A stretch of DNA of 63,939 bases, the filler included, from Octopus bimaculoides (lineage: Eukaryota): NCBI RefSeq assembly GCF_001194135.2. It is 5 parts of 5 records of this genome, joined end to end, with 100 filler letters (N's around TTAATTAATTAA, not from the genome) between each part and the next. Parts side by side here need not be neighbours in the genome. Positions count along the whole stretch, not along the records: positions 1 to 22,066 come from NC_068988.1; 4 more parts are not named here. The stretch is one strand, 5' to 3'. Of the stretch, positions 1 through 14,444 are shown piece after piece. The position numbers and the translations under genes were made by a program. Below the pieces are notes generated by a model that ran no database searches, had not been told where the DNA came from, and saw only the letters and a program-made list of their open reading frames with translations. Positions within the stretch are counted from its first letter, which is position 1. Each line of letters begins with the position of its first letter.

Positions 1-40
<40 letters not shown>
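1..40. repeat. (TA)n microsatellite
   Basis: 20 perfect TA units at window start. Confidence 0.99.
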
Positions 41-43
<3 letters not shown>

Positions 44-1784
44 CACTTCTTTTGATCGCAGCTTGGTGATATCCCGAGCCAAGTGGTTATGAAGTGAAAT
101 CTTACTGGCACAACTTCACCTGCACCCAGTCGAGCATAATTTGTTTCCAGATTTGTTTCTTTAATGTTATCAGTACGGATGGAATCTATAGTTAAATTAA
201 TGCTATGCGTCTATTAATATACGTTGTTTTCACTGAAAATGAAGATGAGTAAACATTGCATACTCAGGTAAAAAGCTATAACACTAATTACGGTATTATA
301 ATCTGGTGTCAATATTGTTGTGTGACACACTAGCGATGATAGAAAAATTAGCCAGTACATTTCACATGAAACATTAAAAAAGAGCCTTTTAAAGAATGAA
401 AAAAATGTAGAAAAGAGTAGAACGCTATTATCCATTTCGTTTTATTAATCATGTGTGCCAACAATGACGACACGAATAGTATGTATTTCGCGATGAGTAG
501 GCATTAATAAGGATTGTGTATTTTTAAATAAAAATACATACATTCTATCATACAATCAGTGAAGTCACTTGATAGCCATTTCGGCACAACTTTTGATAAT
601 TAAAGCCTTAGTTATTTATTCTCTGAAGGACGAGCAAAATATTCTTTCTCAATGAAGAGCAAAATATTACAATAAACAATGTACATTCTGCGTTAAATGT
701 TGGATTTTAATATTCTAAGTGCATGCAAACGAGTATTTACCCACCGAGTATTTACGTATTATCGAAACTAAGTCTAGTTTATTATGACGTGATCCAATCA
801 ACTAGTATTTCTGTACTAGAAATTAATAACAAAAATATGTTTATATTCCCAGAATAATTTATTTACGTCATGTGTTGAGTAATGATTTATAAAAAAGATA
901 ATCGAAATGTTTTACATAAAGGATTAAATCTGCGCAGGCTTCAAAAACATGCTAGCATTTGCATTCTTTCCTATCTGAAAGACGTATTATCATAATTTAC
1001 AAGTCATTGAAATTCTATTCTGAAATTGATGTCGAAGAAGCGTGCGAGTTGAAGTAAATAAAATATTTAAACTTATTCATCTGCTTTTCGGTAGACATTG
1101 CGTGCCATTCAGCATAAAATATAGATGGAAAAGGTATATTATTGGGATTTTAAAGTTTAAATTTCAGAGTTCAAACATTGTGCTGATATTACTGTTGTTC
1201 AACTTTTACTGAATACATTTTCTAGAAGCATTAAACCGAAGTTTTTTTCTGTAATACATGCAATTGGATTCATAATGAATTGATGTTAAGAAATGTTGTC
1301 TTTCATAAAACATCCATATGTTCATTTCAATTAGATAAACTAACCCAAGTTCAAATATCTAAACAGAGTACTGAGTTTAGAAGTTTTAATTGATACAGGG
1401 ACACGTGATAAATCCAAAATTGGAATGATTTATTTAGCAAATAGTGTCTCCTGATTCGTCATATTACGAATTTTAATTAAAATTCGGGAATTTCAAGATG
1501 AAATTTGAAAATGAAAGATAAAATGCAGAAAATAGATGGTAATTGAATTTTGAGAAGAGATGTGCTATACTGCACAATAGTATATACCTCCCTTCTGTAA
1601 ATAAGCTATAGCGATTTAAATATATAACGTGATTACATGTCAGTACGAGTGTCGACTGAAATTATAGTATATATTATGTAATAATGTATACCGTGTCTTC
1701 AAACAAAGCAACTTCATCGTACCAGCACTTTAACACGAGATCGATCTACAGAGATAAATATTGCTTTCAAATTTTGGTACAAGA

Positions 1785-1950
1785 CCAGCAACGCCAAGAG
1801 ATGCGTTAAGTTGATTACATTTACTCCAGCGTTCAACACTTACGTAAAATATCGACTCCGAAAGAATTTTGAATTCAGAACCTAAAAACAAACGAAAAAC
1901 TGCAAACAATTTTGTCCGGCTTCCAAACGATTCTGCCAGTCACTCCTAAA
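1785..1950 (-). mobile_element. Degenerate tRNA-derived SINE, group A
   Basis: Decayed match to the group-A copies elsewhere in the window (acgattctgccag head block, gaattcagaac B-box block, gattacat..ccag core). Confidence 0.55.
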
Positions 1951-1955
1951 GCGAT

Positions 1956-2058
1956 ATGCTTAAACCACCTGGGTTTCCCAAGGGCACACCCACCTAAGTA
2001 GATACTAGACACCACGTTCCTTAACTCCGGTGATCGGGCCACAACCAGTGCATTCATG
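1956..2058 (-). pseudogene. 5S rRNA pseudogene, 5'-truncated
   Basis: Reverse strand reads tgaatgcactggttgtggcccgatcaccggagttaaggaacgtggtgtctagtatctacttaggtgggtgtgcccttgggaaacccaggtggtttaagc. This is colinear with the invertebrate 5S rRNA consensus as I recall it (ccgatcaccgaagttaagcaacg, tacttggatggg, tgggaataccgggtg), about 70% identical by eye. The first ~15 nt are missing and boxes A/C are mutated. Confidence 0.75.
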
Positions 2059-2802
2059 CAAACAGTTATTACCAAGCAATACTACGACCATCACCACTAT
2101 CATGATCAACTTCATCATCCTGATCATGATCATCACCGTCTTCGATGTCATCACCATCATCATCAAAATCGCTAACATTATCATCATTATTGTTATCGTT
2201 ATCCCACTATCCACTTTCTCGCCTTCTTCATCGTCATCACCGTTGCCGTCATCTTCAGCAGCAGCAGCAGAAGCATCGCCAGGACTTTTAGTATATAAGT
2301 TGAAATTTTATCGAGGACGATCATGTAAGCACCACTTTCTCAATTCTAACGTGTCTTAACTAAATTTGCATTCACGGTACCACTGCGAATACTTAGGGTC
2401 TTCATTATTGTTTTACTAATGACGGCCTGAGTTTATACTTTCTCGGGCCATTTCTTCGATGATAATTGGGCTGATACCCAACAGTAACAAGACAATTTAT
2501 TGCTGTTTTCTTCCATAACATATCGGGGAGTATTAGTACGTTTCAGCATCTATCTGATAATGAAGGAAATTTTAAAAATACTTAATACTATGATCAATTG
2601 AAGCAAAATACTTGCGGTAAGTTTAAAATGAAGAATTTATGAATTTACTCTAATTAAATTATCATGATGCAAACAAATATCGGATCAGAGATATTAGTTA
2701 TATTTCTTTTCACAGTAAAGGATAGCAATGTGCCTGAAGTATTGCACTGTGTAAAACTTGCAGTCGAGCAGTTATGCCAAATTATCAATATTAATAACGT
2801 CG

Positions 2803-3020
2803 AAGGCGGCGACCTGGCAGACGTGTTATCACGCCGGGTGAAATGCTTAACGGTCTTTCGTCGTCGTTACGTTCTGAGTTCAAATTGTGCCGAGGTCGAC
2901 TTTGCTTTTCATCCTTTTGGAGTCAATAAATTAAGTACCAGTTGCGTACTGGGATCGATCTAATCGACTAGCCCATTCCCCCAAAACTTTCGGGCTTTAT
3001 ACCTAGAGTAGAAAAGAATA
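2803..3020 (+). mobile_element. tRNA-derived SINE, group A (tail type 1)
   Basis: Head ggcgacctggcaga (A-box-like), B-box gagttcaaatt, core gaggtcgactttgc..catcc..aagtaccagtt; many homologous copies in the window. Confidence 0.85.
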
Positions 3021-6000
3021 TAAATAACGTCAAATTATCAAATATCAATAAATTAAAACACGAGAAAAATTCTGTATCACCCTTATATAGATACAATAAA
3101 TATTTTGTGACTCCCCTTCTTTAGATAGGTCTTTGCATTTGCTTAAGAAGAACCCTGCGCGAAATATTATACGATCATCAAATAACTTCAAAGTTTTTCT
3201 TTACTTTTCAACTGTATTGCTCAAAAGATGTTTAAACTTTTATGTGACTGTCTATGATAGTTCTATACGCTGACTGGAATAATGAGGTGCAAAGAAATAT
3301 TACTTACTTAAAATGTTTCTAATAAACTATTTATTAATTCGGTGGAAGGCATCTCTCTTTTTCCCTCTCATATTATTGTAACTTTACTTAATATTTAAGG
3401 TCAGTTTTAAATAAGTTTGTATGTCCATCCTTCGGTAGTTCGCATATTTTCTTCAGTCAGTATTTATAGACAGATATTGATGCACATTGTCAGTGAATGG
3501 TTTCTCAGATTGTTCGTTTTCACTTTGAAGAATTATTTACAAAGATTTTTCTATAATCTTTGCTAGTAATGCTTCTAATGCGTTCGCCAGTCAAATACTT
3601 GATACGGCAATGATTAAAAGATCAAACACAATCGAACAATTCTTTTTCTGAGATTGATCTTTTAATCAACCAAATATCAACTATATCAATGGCCTTACTT
3701 TATCAAATAGCACGATTGTCGCAATACATCCAGAATACTAAGCTATATCTATAACATATAATGTACAGACATTTTATTTTTTAATATGATACTTGAGTGT
3801 GTCCTAATACCAAATCATTTTCTACATATTAAATTGTATAGTGTTGAATGCTTGCATCTGATTCTTAACCTAATATCTGTTTCAGAGTACACTAGGACTA
3901 GAAATAGTTATATTCATTCGTAGCCACCTCAACGTGGCTGTCCGTTCGAACAGACTCTACTGTGATTTTTTAACCCCAAGAGGACACCTCTAGCTGGTTA
4001 AAGATGCAGAGCTCTTCCGATAAATTGCGATCAGTGGAGTGAACCCCTACCGCATTTTAGCGGCGGGACCAGTAGATCAGTCCTGGTTTAGGGCTACTCT
4101 TCGGTACTGGACACCTCGTCTGCAAGAGATGGCAGTATCTCGTCTCTGCTCACAATATATATTTTTCAAGCGAATACATAGTCACTGATTTTGCAACAAG
4201 CAAAAATATCAGCACAGTAGCTGTACTGACAAGTAATATTCGTAGCCACTTCAAACACGATCGAATAATTATATATTAATAATCACATATTTTTAAAGTG
4301 CCTTATATGTGATGCAACTTTCTATTTAAGTGATTGATGGTAGAAAGAATTTGTAGGGCTAAGAGCGAATTATTATTATTACTTACCATTATGTATGAAA
4401 GAAAGGAACGTACTTCTAATTTCACAAATTCAGAAAACTGTATACAAACTTCTAATTTCATATAGATTTTTCTTTGGTAGAGTTTTTAGCGATTTAGCAA
4501 GTACCTTCACGTTTTAATGCGGGTTTGGTTTAATGCACATTTACATTGGAAGATAATGTCATATCTTCCCTTGTTTTAAGAACTACGGCAACCTGAAAAG
4601 AAATGAGGTGTAAATCGCTATATTGTTCTGTTTTATTTAAACATCCTAGCAAGAATAAAGACAAAATTTTAACGTGTTTGGAGTTTGATCTCCAGATACT
4701 TTAACGCAAGAACGAGGAATTTTGTATGGTATTTGAAAGAAGAGACAATAAGGGTAACAGCTACCTACATTGGCAAATATAAGATATAACATATACTTTG
4801 TGATGGCTGTAAATTCCCTTACTGTTTAATCATTTATCTCCCTTTGTACATCCAGTTAAAGAAATTTAAACAACCTGCAGATGGGAAAAGTGGATGAATT
4901 TCAAAGGAATGACCAAACGTGTCTTCTATAATACATGTCTCTGCTTAGCAATATAAGTGCAGAATCTCGCACAGGAATTTTCAGAATTTATTTACGCACA
5001 TTTACACTTTGAGCTTAAACCATCTACAGATACAACCTGTATGTTATTATTACGAGGTCGTTGAAATAGTATCGGTGAAGTACGGTAAGTTGGGAAGGCT
5101 TAACAGACTATTCTTAACCTTAAAATTAGCAGACACGTTACAATGACTGAAACGAATGTTAAATATACCTGTTTCTTTAAACAAAGCTTGCTTGAGAGGT
5201 GTATAACTGAAATGATTACGAGTTAGAATTAAAAAGACAGTTATTTGGCACATAACGCATTCCCTTGGCATTGGAGGCTTGAATAGACACGTAACTGAAA
5301 TCCTATTTTCTATAAATCAGAGTAGTATTTGGTTTCGTAGCTGTAAATGGAATATCCACGTCCTAATTAACAAAAGCGACATAAGATTTGATTGACAGTT
5401 CAGTAATGAGAGATGAGAATGAACAGTACAGTTTAATTAATTCTTTTTCATGAAAATTCCTTTAACTGATAGTTAGCCAAGAGACTAGCTTAGATTAACA
5501 CATGTGAGTAAATCATTCGCAAAATCATAAATCCAGAATATTTATTCAATTTATTCCTCCTTTCACACTGGATGTTCTCATACATTTTAATTTAATAAAA
5601 TAAATTAAATTAGAAGTTTCCACCGATACTTCTTCCAAAAGATTAAATTTACATCGTTTCTAGGAAATAATTTCACTTTCTATGTAAACAAGAGTGAAAC
5701 TTTTCTGGGGAAACATTTTAGATGGACTGAATAGCCAACTCTACAAGAAAACAAATGTCGATGACAGAAACACTTGTAGGCTACTGTCAACGGTGACATT
5801 GTTGGTTAAAACTATAAATCATAGACATAAATCAATGCTTACTGTCTATGTACAGTTTACTCACAACTCGATTAACTGTTGTATAGGAATGGATATTGGT
5901 TCAAACTGTTCCAGGCATATACAGCTTTGGGACGGGTGAGGTCGTTGATACTTGGTTGCACTTTACTTCCTCTATACTAGAAAGAAGGAAGGTACAGTCG

Positions 6001-8256
6001 CACTTGAGGAATTAAAACTATTACCGTGAAGCAACGGGGTAATCGATTACTGCAATTCGTTTTATCGAGTCTGTATCACATCTTCCATACGTATGAATTA
6101 TCGATAAAAAATAAAGTTATATATAATATTGCATTAACTTAAGCGTGTTACTGGTCAATTTGTTACCAACGTGGGATAGAAACCAAGTACGTTCAAGCTT
6201 GCAATTGAATATTAAATGTTCCGTGAGAATTCTGTGACAAATATAATGCACGCTAGGAATATCAAGCCACTCCTAGCATCGGTATATTTATTCTTGACCT
6301 TCGGCTTCACACCATTTCTGATAGAACAGGTGGTTTCTTGGGTAATATATTATCTGACGTGGCATTCCACTTATGAAAACTGTACGCTGTGATTTACTAT
6401 AGATATGACTGCTAATTCTTGCATAGCCATCCAGTGTGCAATCACTTACATTTATTTATTTATGCATTCATTTATTAGTTTAATGGATAGGTGAATTGTT
6501 TTCACCGACATAAATTACGATCCCGCAGTGTAAGTACTTCGTAGATTGCAATTTAAAAAGTGAGTGTTTTAAACTATACTTCTGTAATCCACGTTCGAAT
6601 ATATGGATATCATCATCCTGAAAAAATATTTTCCAAAACATCAAATTTACTAAATTTCACTTCTCACCTTCCTCCAATTTTCGGAATATTCGAATGTTCA
6701 TACGTGGCCGATATGTGTCTTCCAGCAGTTTTTAACGTCATCTGTCCACATGTGCAATCATAGATTCCTGCTGAACATGGAGAGAACTAAATTTGCCTCA
6801 AACATTGCGCCCATAAAGTCTTTTTAAAGAAAAGTAACCAGTGGGCAGTTTTAGTACAACATATACGAAAATTCACGATTCTGAGAAAAGATTATTTTCT
6901 ACTAAAATTACGATTTCTTAATCACGTGTTTCCTTGATTTCAGATTATGAAAACTTAGTCGCATTAAATAAGGAATGAATCTGTACAGTTGTATCAACTT
7001 CCCCGAAGTTCAACCACTACAATTTAAGTATTAGGTAAAGTTTTGGCGTGTACGTAGAGTATCCCTTAGTATGCCGTGTTTTATTGATGCAATATCTTCT
7101 ATGACAAGACTAAGATGATATTAACAACTAATCATGCAAATCGAAAAGAATAAACAAATAAAAACTAACAATGATTATAATAATTAATGTCTCAAAAGAT
7201 TAGTGGAATTGCTAACAAACGAAACGAACCAGTTAAAAGGCAAAAAATATAAATAAATAAAAGTCACAATAAAGTTTAAATTGCTTCTCGGGTATCGGAA
7301 ATTATCCTAAAGCAATTAAAATTCCTAATACAGGTGAATCACTTATTTTGTAATTAATTACTTTTGTACGCATTTTCTCCATTTATATTTTTAGAGAACT
7401 TTGTTCAGCAGGGGATATGCATCATTAAATCCACCTCCCTTGTTTTCCTATATATTTGTGAAATCTTTATGTATTTTTAATGATGTTTTAGCAATTTATC
7501 TTCTAGGAAATCTAAAATATATTGCCCTTAATCACCAACTCTAAATAATTTAGTTAGGTTAAAATGTCCGAAATTTTTGTATTCGTTATTTAATTTAAGT
7601 AGCAATTAATGCATCTGAATTTTTTTTAATCGAACTTTTATATTTGAATATAAAAATGCAGTTATAACACACATAACCATTATTTTTAAATCATCTGCGC
7701 CCGTTCTTAAAGAGGTCGAAAAAATTCTAATTCTGATGTTCATACCTATTCTTTTAATATAGTGACAGTTTGCATTAATATTAAACTAAAAATAATTATA
7801 TTCATCACGGTGAATTGTTATGATTTCTCACTTTGTCACAAGGCCATATATTTCTAATGGAGTTGCACACTTGAGCTAATTAGCCCCGGTACAAATTGTA
7901 CATTTGCTTTAGCAGACCTGGCAAGTCACAGTGCAAAGACAAACGAGGCTTGAAATTAAAATTTAAATGTAGTAAGGACGTAACTAATGACTGAAAATCC
8001 ATCAATGAATCAATCCACTGACACGTTATTATGTTTTATATGAGAAGACGATGGATTGAGAAAACCAGTAGAGCATCGGACAAATATTTTAGCTTTCCCG
8101 TACCGTACGATAAAGTCATCGGTCCTTCCAAAATAGTGCACACACGATATACTGTCTGGTTTCTGTGGAAAAATAAAGTAGCTAGCAAACAGAGAAGAGA
8201 CTGCTAGCTGTGCACTAGACACGCAAGCGTCTGACTACACAACCACGCCTGATAGC

Positions 8257-8303
<47 letters not shown>

Positions 8304-10619
8304 CATATAGACATATAACGGAGTAGTTTTTGCTAAAACATTGTGTAGGATTTGTTTTAGAGGATTTGATGTGTAATGCATGAATACTACGTGTCAGCCT
8401 TGCCTACCACTGCCAAAGCTACATACGTGCGAAATGAAATCACACGCGTAAGTGACAGACGCAGTGACGCAACTGACAAATCTACTCACACCGAGCGGTT
8501 CCCGAAGAACTTGTCACACAACAGCTAACTGCCATCCGTAGCGAAACGACTGCTTCTACAAAACACCTAATTAGATAATCCACGTGAGAAGGCTGATAAT
8601 CCACAATTTGAAATGTGCTCTTTTAACTGCCCTACTTCTTCGACAGGACAACTGCAGCTATACAACATATGAGCAACGAATTGTCCATCTCTCGCTTTTT
8701 CTAAATGTCCTGAACAAGTGGTTATAACCCCGCAATATAGAAATACAAAGTGAAAGTGCAACTTCGATTTATTTTGCTTTCTTTTCCTTTTGCTTATACA
8801 ACAAATCTCTTTAAGATATAAATATTCAACACAATGTTCTGCAAACTGAGTGAGGTATCTGTTCATTTAGAGAAGAACAGATTAATAATTTTAAATGCAC
8901 GAGATAACGGTCTGGAGTTTTCGCTGGTAGCTCATAACAGCTTTGTTAGCAATTGACTAAATTTCAATCACAGATTCTTCATGATATTTCAGTACATTAT
9001 ATGTGTAGGTAAAGAAAATTCCCCCAATGCTATTTTAATGTGTACTAATATCCTCTCCTCACATATGTTGCACTAGATACATGTTCATGTTTCCTAAGTT
9101 GGTGTATACTTCATATGTTATTCTTCCTGTTTAGAAATGATAAAATTATCCACTATTCAAAGACATATCTCTCACTGATGACTGCTGTCAATTCTGAAAA
9201 TTATAGATTAAAATAAATAAAATATGCATAGATGTTAAATTCTGTTTAATATACAGCGAATGACTACATTAGGCATACTAGAAGAGATTTTCTTTGAAGT
9301 TTTGGTTATTATGTTGATGAGAGATATAATTATATTTCAAGTAAAATATAATTATAAAGTCGATGGAAAGTAGTTGTGTTCTATGTTGCCAACCATTATA
9401 AGCTTATCTAAATTATCGAAAATTTAAGAACTTATCTAAAATTAATGAACTCCACTAATTAGCGCTTACATATAGCTTTGAAACTTTTACTGAGTTCTGT
9501 AAAAGAAAATGAATGGAAAAAATATGTAAAAAGAACATTAAGACTAGAAATATGATATTTATTACGATGCATATTTCTTCTAATAAATTTATATTAAATT
9601 TTCATATTATTATGAAATGGTTAATAAATTATAATTTGTGAACTACATATGGGTTTCTAATTAACTGAGGGATTATTCTTTTGCATGGTTTATAACTACA
9701 TGTTTGAGGAAAATATTTTCATATATTAAGAATTATAATTCTAATGATTTAATGGACAACTTGTATTTTTGAGGATATCACACCTGATTATGTGCTACAT
9801 ATCCATAAGTAATTTCCTTTTACCATACGTTAGTTCAGAAAATATATTATGCTTAATGTATAAACATGATATCTCTAATATTTCAAGAAATGATAGCACA
9901 TTATATGCTCATTAGTCATTGCCGAAACCAGAAAAGCACTTAACAGAATCGATTAAAGAAAATATATGAAATGATAGGAAAATTTAGAGAGTGCATGGAA
10001 TGGAAGGATTTTTATGTAAGATACTTAATAACGAGATTTGACTGTTATTTCAAGCAGATAGACATACTTAGTATGTCCTTTGATCAATTTTAATCCATCG
10101 GCTATTTAATGCCATTTTTTTTACCTGCTGTCGCCTTTATCATTGATTCTGTTATTATCATTCTTAAAATAGGTAATAATAGAATTAATGATACCTTCAT
10201 AAATTAATGTTAATAAATTATTTGAAAAATATATAGAAAGTACATTCAAACAACATTATTTAAGACAAATACTTATAAAGAACTCGTGCAACTACAAGAT
10301 ACAAATCTATGGAGAAAAGTAAGTAGTAGAGAATATAAGAAAACCTGTTTCTTTCATCGGTTTACAGTACAAATGTTTTGGATAAGGATATGCCTGGTAC
10401 AATAATATTTATGATTCCGATTATCTTAAACACTAGTATCCACTGCAACACAACAGTTAAACAGGACTCTGTTTCTGTGATGATATTGAGAGCTGCGAAA
10501 ATGTGCATCAGCATGTAGCGATACGTCCAAGCAAATTTGTCGCTGATGGTAATGAGACAAAACCACCTAATTAAAAAGCTTGCTTCACAGCAATGTACAG
10601 AAATATTCACTATAATATT

Positions 10620-10834
10620 GTTTTCTACACTAGACACAAGGCTCGAATTTTCGGGGGAGGGGGCTAGTCGATTACATCGACCCTAGTACTCAACTGGTGC
10701 TTAATTTATCGACCCCGAAAGGATGAAATGCAAAGTCGACCCCGGCGGAATTTGAACTCAGCACGTAAAGACAGGCGAAATACCGCTGAGAATTTCGTCC
10801 GATGTGCGAACGTTTCTGTCAGCTTGCCGCCTTA
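10620..10834 (-). mobile_element. tRNA-derived SINE, group A (tail type 1)
   Basis: Full head, B-box and core; reverse complement of the 2803-3020 type. Confidence 0.85.
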
Positions 10835-12294
10835 TATTTACTATAATATTCGATGTAAAATATGTTGCGTAAAGCTGTTCTAGACCTCGCACTCTAATCC
10901 ATGGTATTCCGAACAGATATCTGCTTACCCAGATATAAACAAAAGCAATTTTTCACAGACTATGCTGCGTACTGGGATCGAACACTGAATAACGTAATTC
11001 TAGACGTGTTAACTATACAATTGTAGAGGAACTTTAAGTTAATGGCATACAGAAAGGACGTAAACACAAATGTCTTTTTAGCAGAATTATTGTATGAAAT
11101 ATTTAGGATAATTAATGGCGGAAGTATTAGCGTGTAAGATTAAATGGATTTTGGAGTATTTAGTAATCTCCATTTACAGCCTATATTGAAACTCGGGTAG
11201 AGAGAAAACAATATATATAAACCGTAAAATTCCAGTAATTTAATCAACTCTACTCGTTCCCCACAAATTTGTGCCGTTTTTCCAATTTAAGTTATCTTTA
11301 TTATTTAATTATATTTTATCGTTAGATAGCTTATTTAATTTTGTCGTATAAAGAGAAAACTAGATTCTTGATTGAAAAATGCATCCATGTACGCGAAATA
11401 GGCTTTGCCACTAAAGGTTCACTTATGTTAATGTCAGTAGATGTTCAATCTTATAGAATATATTGAATAGCTAATGCAAAATGTGTAAGAGATTTAACAA
11501 TGTAACAGAAACGGTTATTGCTATAGTCAATATAATCACTGAGAAGATCAGACGATGCGAGACAACAAATTTTTCTCCTTTATCTGATAACAAATGTAAA
11601 CGTCTTACCAACTTAACTAAGTCGGCTTTATTTTTGGAGATTCTGATAGCGAGAAAATGACATTTATTAACCTAGAGCGTAATTTAACATGTCCACGTCG
11701 ATAAATTTTGGTTCATTGTTGCTGTAATGCATCAGAACTGTGATAATAGCAAGAACTGTGACAATTATCAGGAAGTTTCTTGTGGCAGCGTAAACGTGTA
11801 AAATACTCACTTTCGAAGCAGCTAGATTACAAGACAATAAACATTGATGACTTTGAAACAATAATGTTGTACTTTAGCAGTATTACTAGACATGAAGAAT
11901 AGACGTGTGTATATATATTAAGTGACTCTAATTTTGTCATTTAACAAACCTGAAAATGTGTTTTAAGTTTAGGCAAACAGCAAGGGTAAAGAGACTACAG
12001 TGGTATGTGGATGTTTCTTTGACTGGGATCGGAAATACATACTGGAGATATAACTCTGTTGTTTCCTTTACTCTTTCTATCAGCAATATCTCGCTATAAA
12101 AAGGACAACAGATTAAATGGAAAAGGGCTGCGAAATGCGAACTTTCCTTTCAAATTTATGACATGATAATGTTGTGAAGAAGGACTTCAACATGCAGTTT
12201 ATCCTTGATTTATTATAGGTCTACATTGTAGTTGCCTACTATACAGAGATTACTTAAATGTACCAAGATATAAAAATTTTAATCATTGATAATA

Positions 12295-12495
12295 CTGGTT
12301 ACAAATTTTGACGAACGGCCAGCAATTTCGAGGATGGGGCTTAGGCAATTACATCGGCCCCAGCCCTCCAAACTTTATCGACTCCTTTTTATAGATGAAA
12401 GGGAAAGTTGATCTCAGCGCTATTTGAACTCAAAGTATAAGGACGGACGAAATGCATCTTGCTTTGTATGCTAATGATTCTGCAAGCTTACCACT
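12295..12495 (-). mobile_element. Degenerate SINE, group A
   Basis: Colinear decayed match to group A (tttgaactc, ggacgaaat, ctaatgattctgc). Confidence 0.6.
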
Positions 12496-13762
12496 TTATG
12501 ATCATTGATAATATTCCTAGTATGCAGCTGTAGAATGGACACTTGTCTTAGTACTAGTCAAATGTTAAAGGAAAAGGTGAAGTAGGATGTTTTGAATTAA
12601 CACAAAGTTTGTGGAGGCACGGTGGTGCAACTATACCTGCAATCAGGTATTTAGATTTGTCATGTACGTAAGTGTTATTTGGTAGATATACCTGAACATT
12701 GTATTAAGTTACAAATATTTCTTCTTCCGACCAGCTAGTGCAGTACTGAGGTAGTTAGAGTAGGCGAACAGCTTGATTTCTCGTCGTGGAAACCGACGAA
12801 AATTCAATTTTGCGTTCGTATAAATATACGTGTTTGTACGCTAACATATATTCATATGAACCATAAGGAAGAAAAGAGCTTATGCTTGCATTGCGTTATA
12901 TCTACATCTTTTAATTTAGTAAAACACTGGCTTAATTAGTGAGACATTTTAATTTACACCTTCGAAAACGTTTATTATGGAACATCGATATTAACTTTTG
13001 AATTATGCTCTTATTAAGATGAGAAAAAAATGGATACATTGATGAAAGCCAACGTAGGTCTTATCTCATCTTTTCTAAGGTGGATACAAATTAGAATCTA
13101 GGGAACTGCTTTACATAAATTTAGTTAGTAGAATGTAATCTTGTATTAATTTTTTTAAACATCCTAATCAGTTAGAAATGTGATCGAAATATTAATTAAA
13201 ACTGTAGCCTAAACCAGTCAATATTTACTAGTCTATGTGTTTTATCCATCAAATTAATTAACCGTACTCTTTCATCCTTTAAATTCATCTTTTTTTATCA
13301 GTGCCTCTTCGATCAACAATCAATTTCTAGAACGAGGAAACGAGACAGTCTCTACGTGTTGTTACATATTGTTAAAAATGACAGTCAGATATTTGTACAC
13401 GAACATTCCACTATCTTCAAATATGAATAACACATTAGACAATCCAGTTACAGTGAGAATAACGTCGACAATAAGAATGTTCTATGAAACAGACCTGAGC
13501 TATTTGCACTCACCAATAACAATAAAATTAATCCACCGAAGAAATTTGATAACGTCATTGGTCTGGCTTAATATCGTCACCAACTTCTTTCTTAAACAAA
13601 TAAATGGTACGTTCCTTAATGTAAGAGTAGATTTAAAAATAAAATGGTATTGTTAGAGAAGGAACGTATTCGTTCATAGTTCCGTAGATTAATGTCTATC
13701 CTTAAATTAATTAAAAATATCATTATGTTGTTGTTGTTTGTTCTTTATCGAACCATATCTGA

Positions 13763-14012
13763 CTCATAAGGGCCAGTTTCCCGGTTTTATTGGCGTATAA
13801 AGTCCTCCACCTGAACGGTACGCCGGTCCACCGCTAGATGCAAGAGAATGTCGTGGCGAAAAAGTCAGCAGAAGTTCACCATTACCTCCTGCTGGAGCCT
13901 CGTGGAGCTTAGGTGATTCGCTCATAAACATACATCGCCCGGTCTGAGATTCGAACCCACGATTCCTCAACCGCGAGTCCTCTTCTCTAAGCACTAGACC
14001 ATGTGCCTCCAC
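13763..14012 (-). mobile_element. tRNA-derived SINE, group C (variant centre)
   Basis: Minus strand starts gtggaggcacatggtctagtg, has B-box gggttcgaatc, and its tail (tacgccaataaaaccgggaaactggccc) is shared with 37048-37295. Confidence 0.75.
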
Positions 14013-14444
14013 AAAATTATCATTATGTACATAATAATTAGAGCATTTCTATGCCGTGGCTTGACTCCCTTCACGTATCTGTTCAATATCATATCACATC
14101 CTAAAATCACAAGAATGTGCCCATTGAACAATGTTTTTCTAAACATATAAAGCATATTTTATATTTTATTAACTGATTATCCACTGAAACATTAGCTATG
14201 CAAGTTACATCCTTCAATTCGTTTCCTTCTATATGTTTATTGTAAATCAATGATAATTATATACCGCGAAGAAACGATAGAAAATACAACGTATTCTTCG
14301 CGTTTGTTAAAATATAACAACCAAATATTTCTAAACGGATAGCCTGCCACTTTCACAAACGAAAAACACTGTAAATAGTGATGTTCAATGTATATTGGAA
14401 CAAGAAATTCGTCGGTGTAGAATGAATAATTTGTCAACATCGTG

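Noticed and set aside
4520-7040. Multi-exon small protein assembled from phase-compatible micro-exons on either strand
   Set aside because: Several mutually exclusive assemblies are possible and none resembles a known protein, so this cannot be supported without transcripts.
13930-14012. tRNA genes at SINE heads (also 37215-37295 and 40201-40290)
   Set aside because: A- and B-box-like motifs are present, but there is no complete cloverleaf and each continues into a SINE body.
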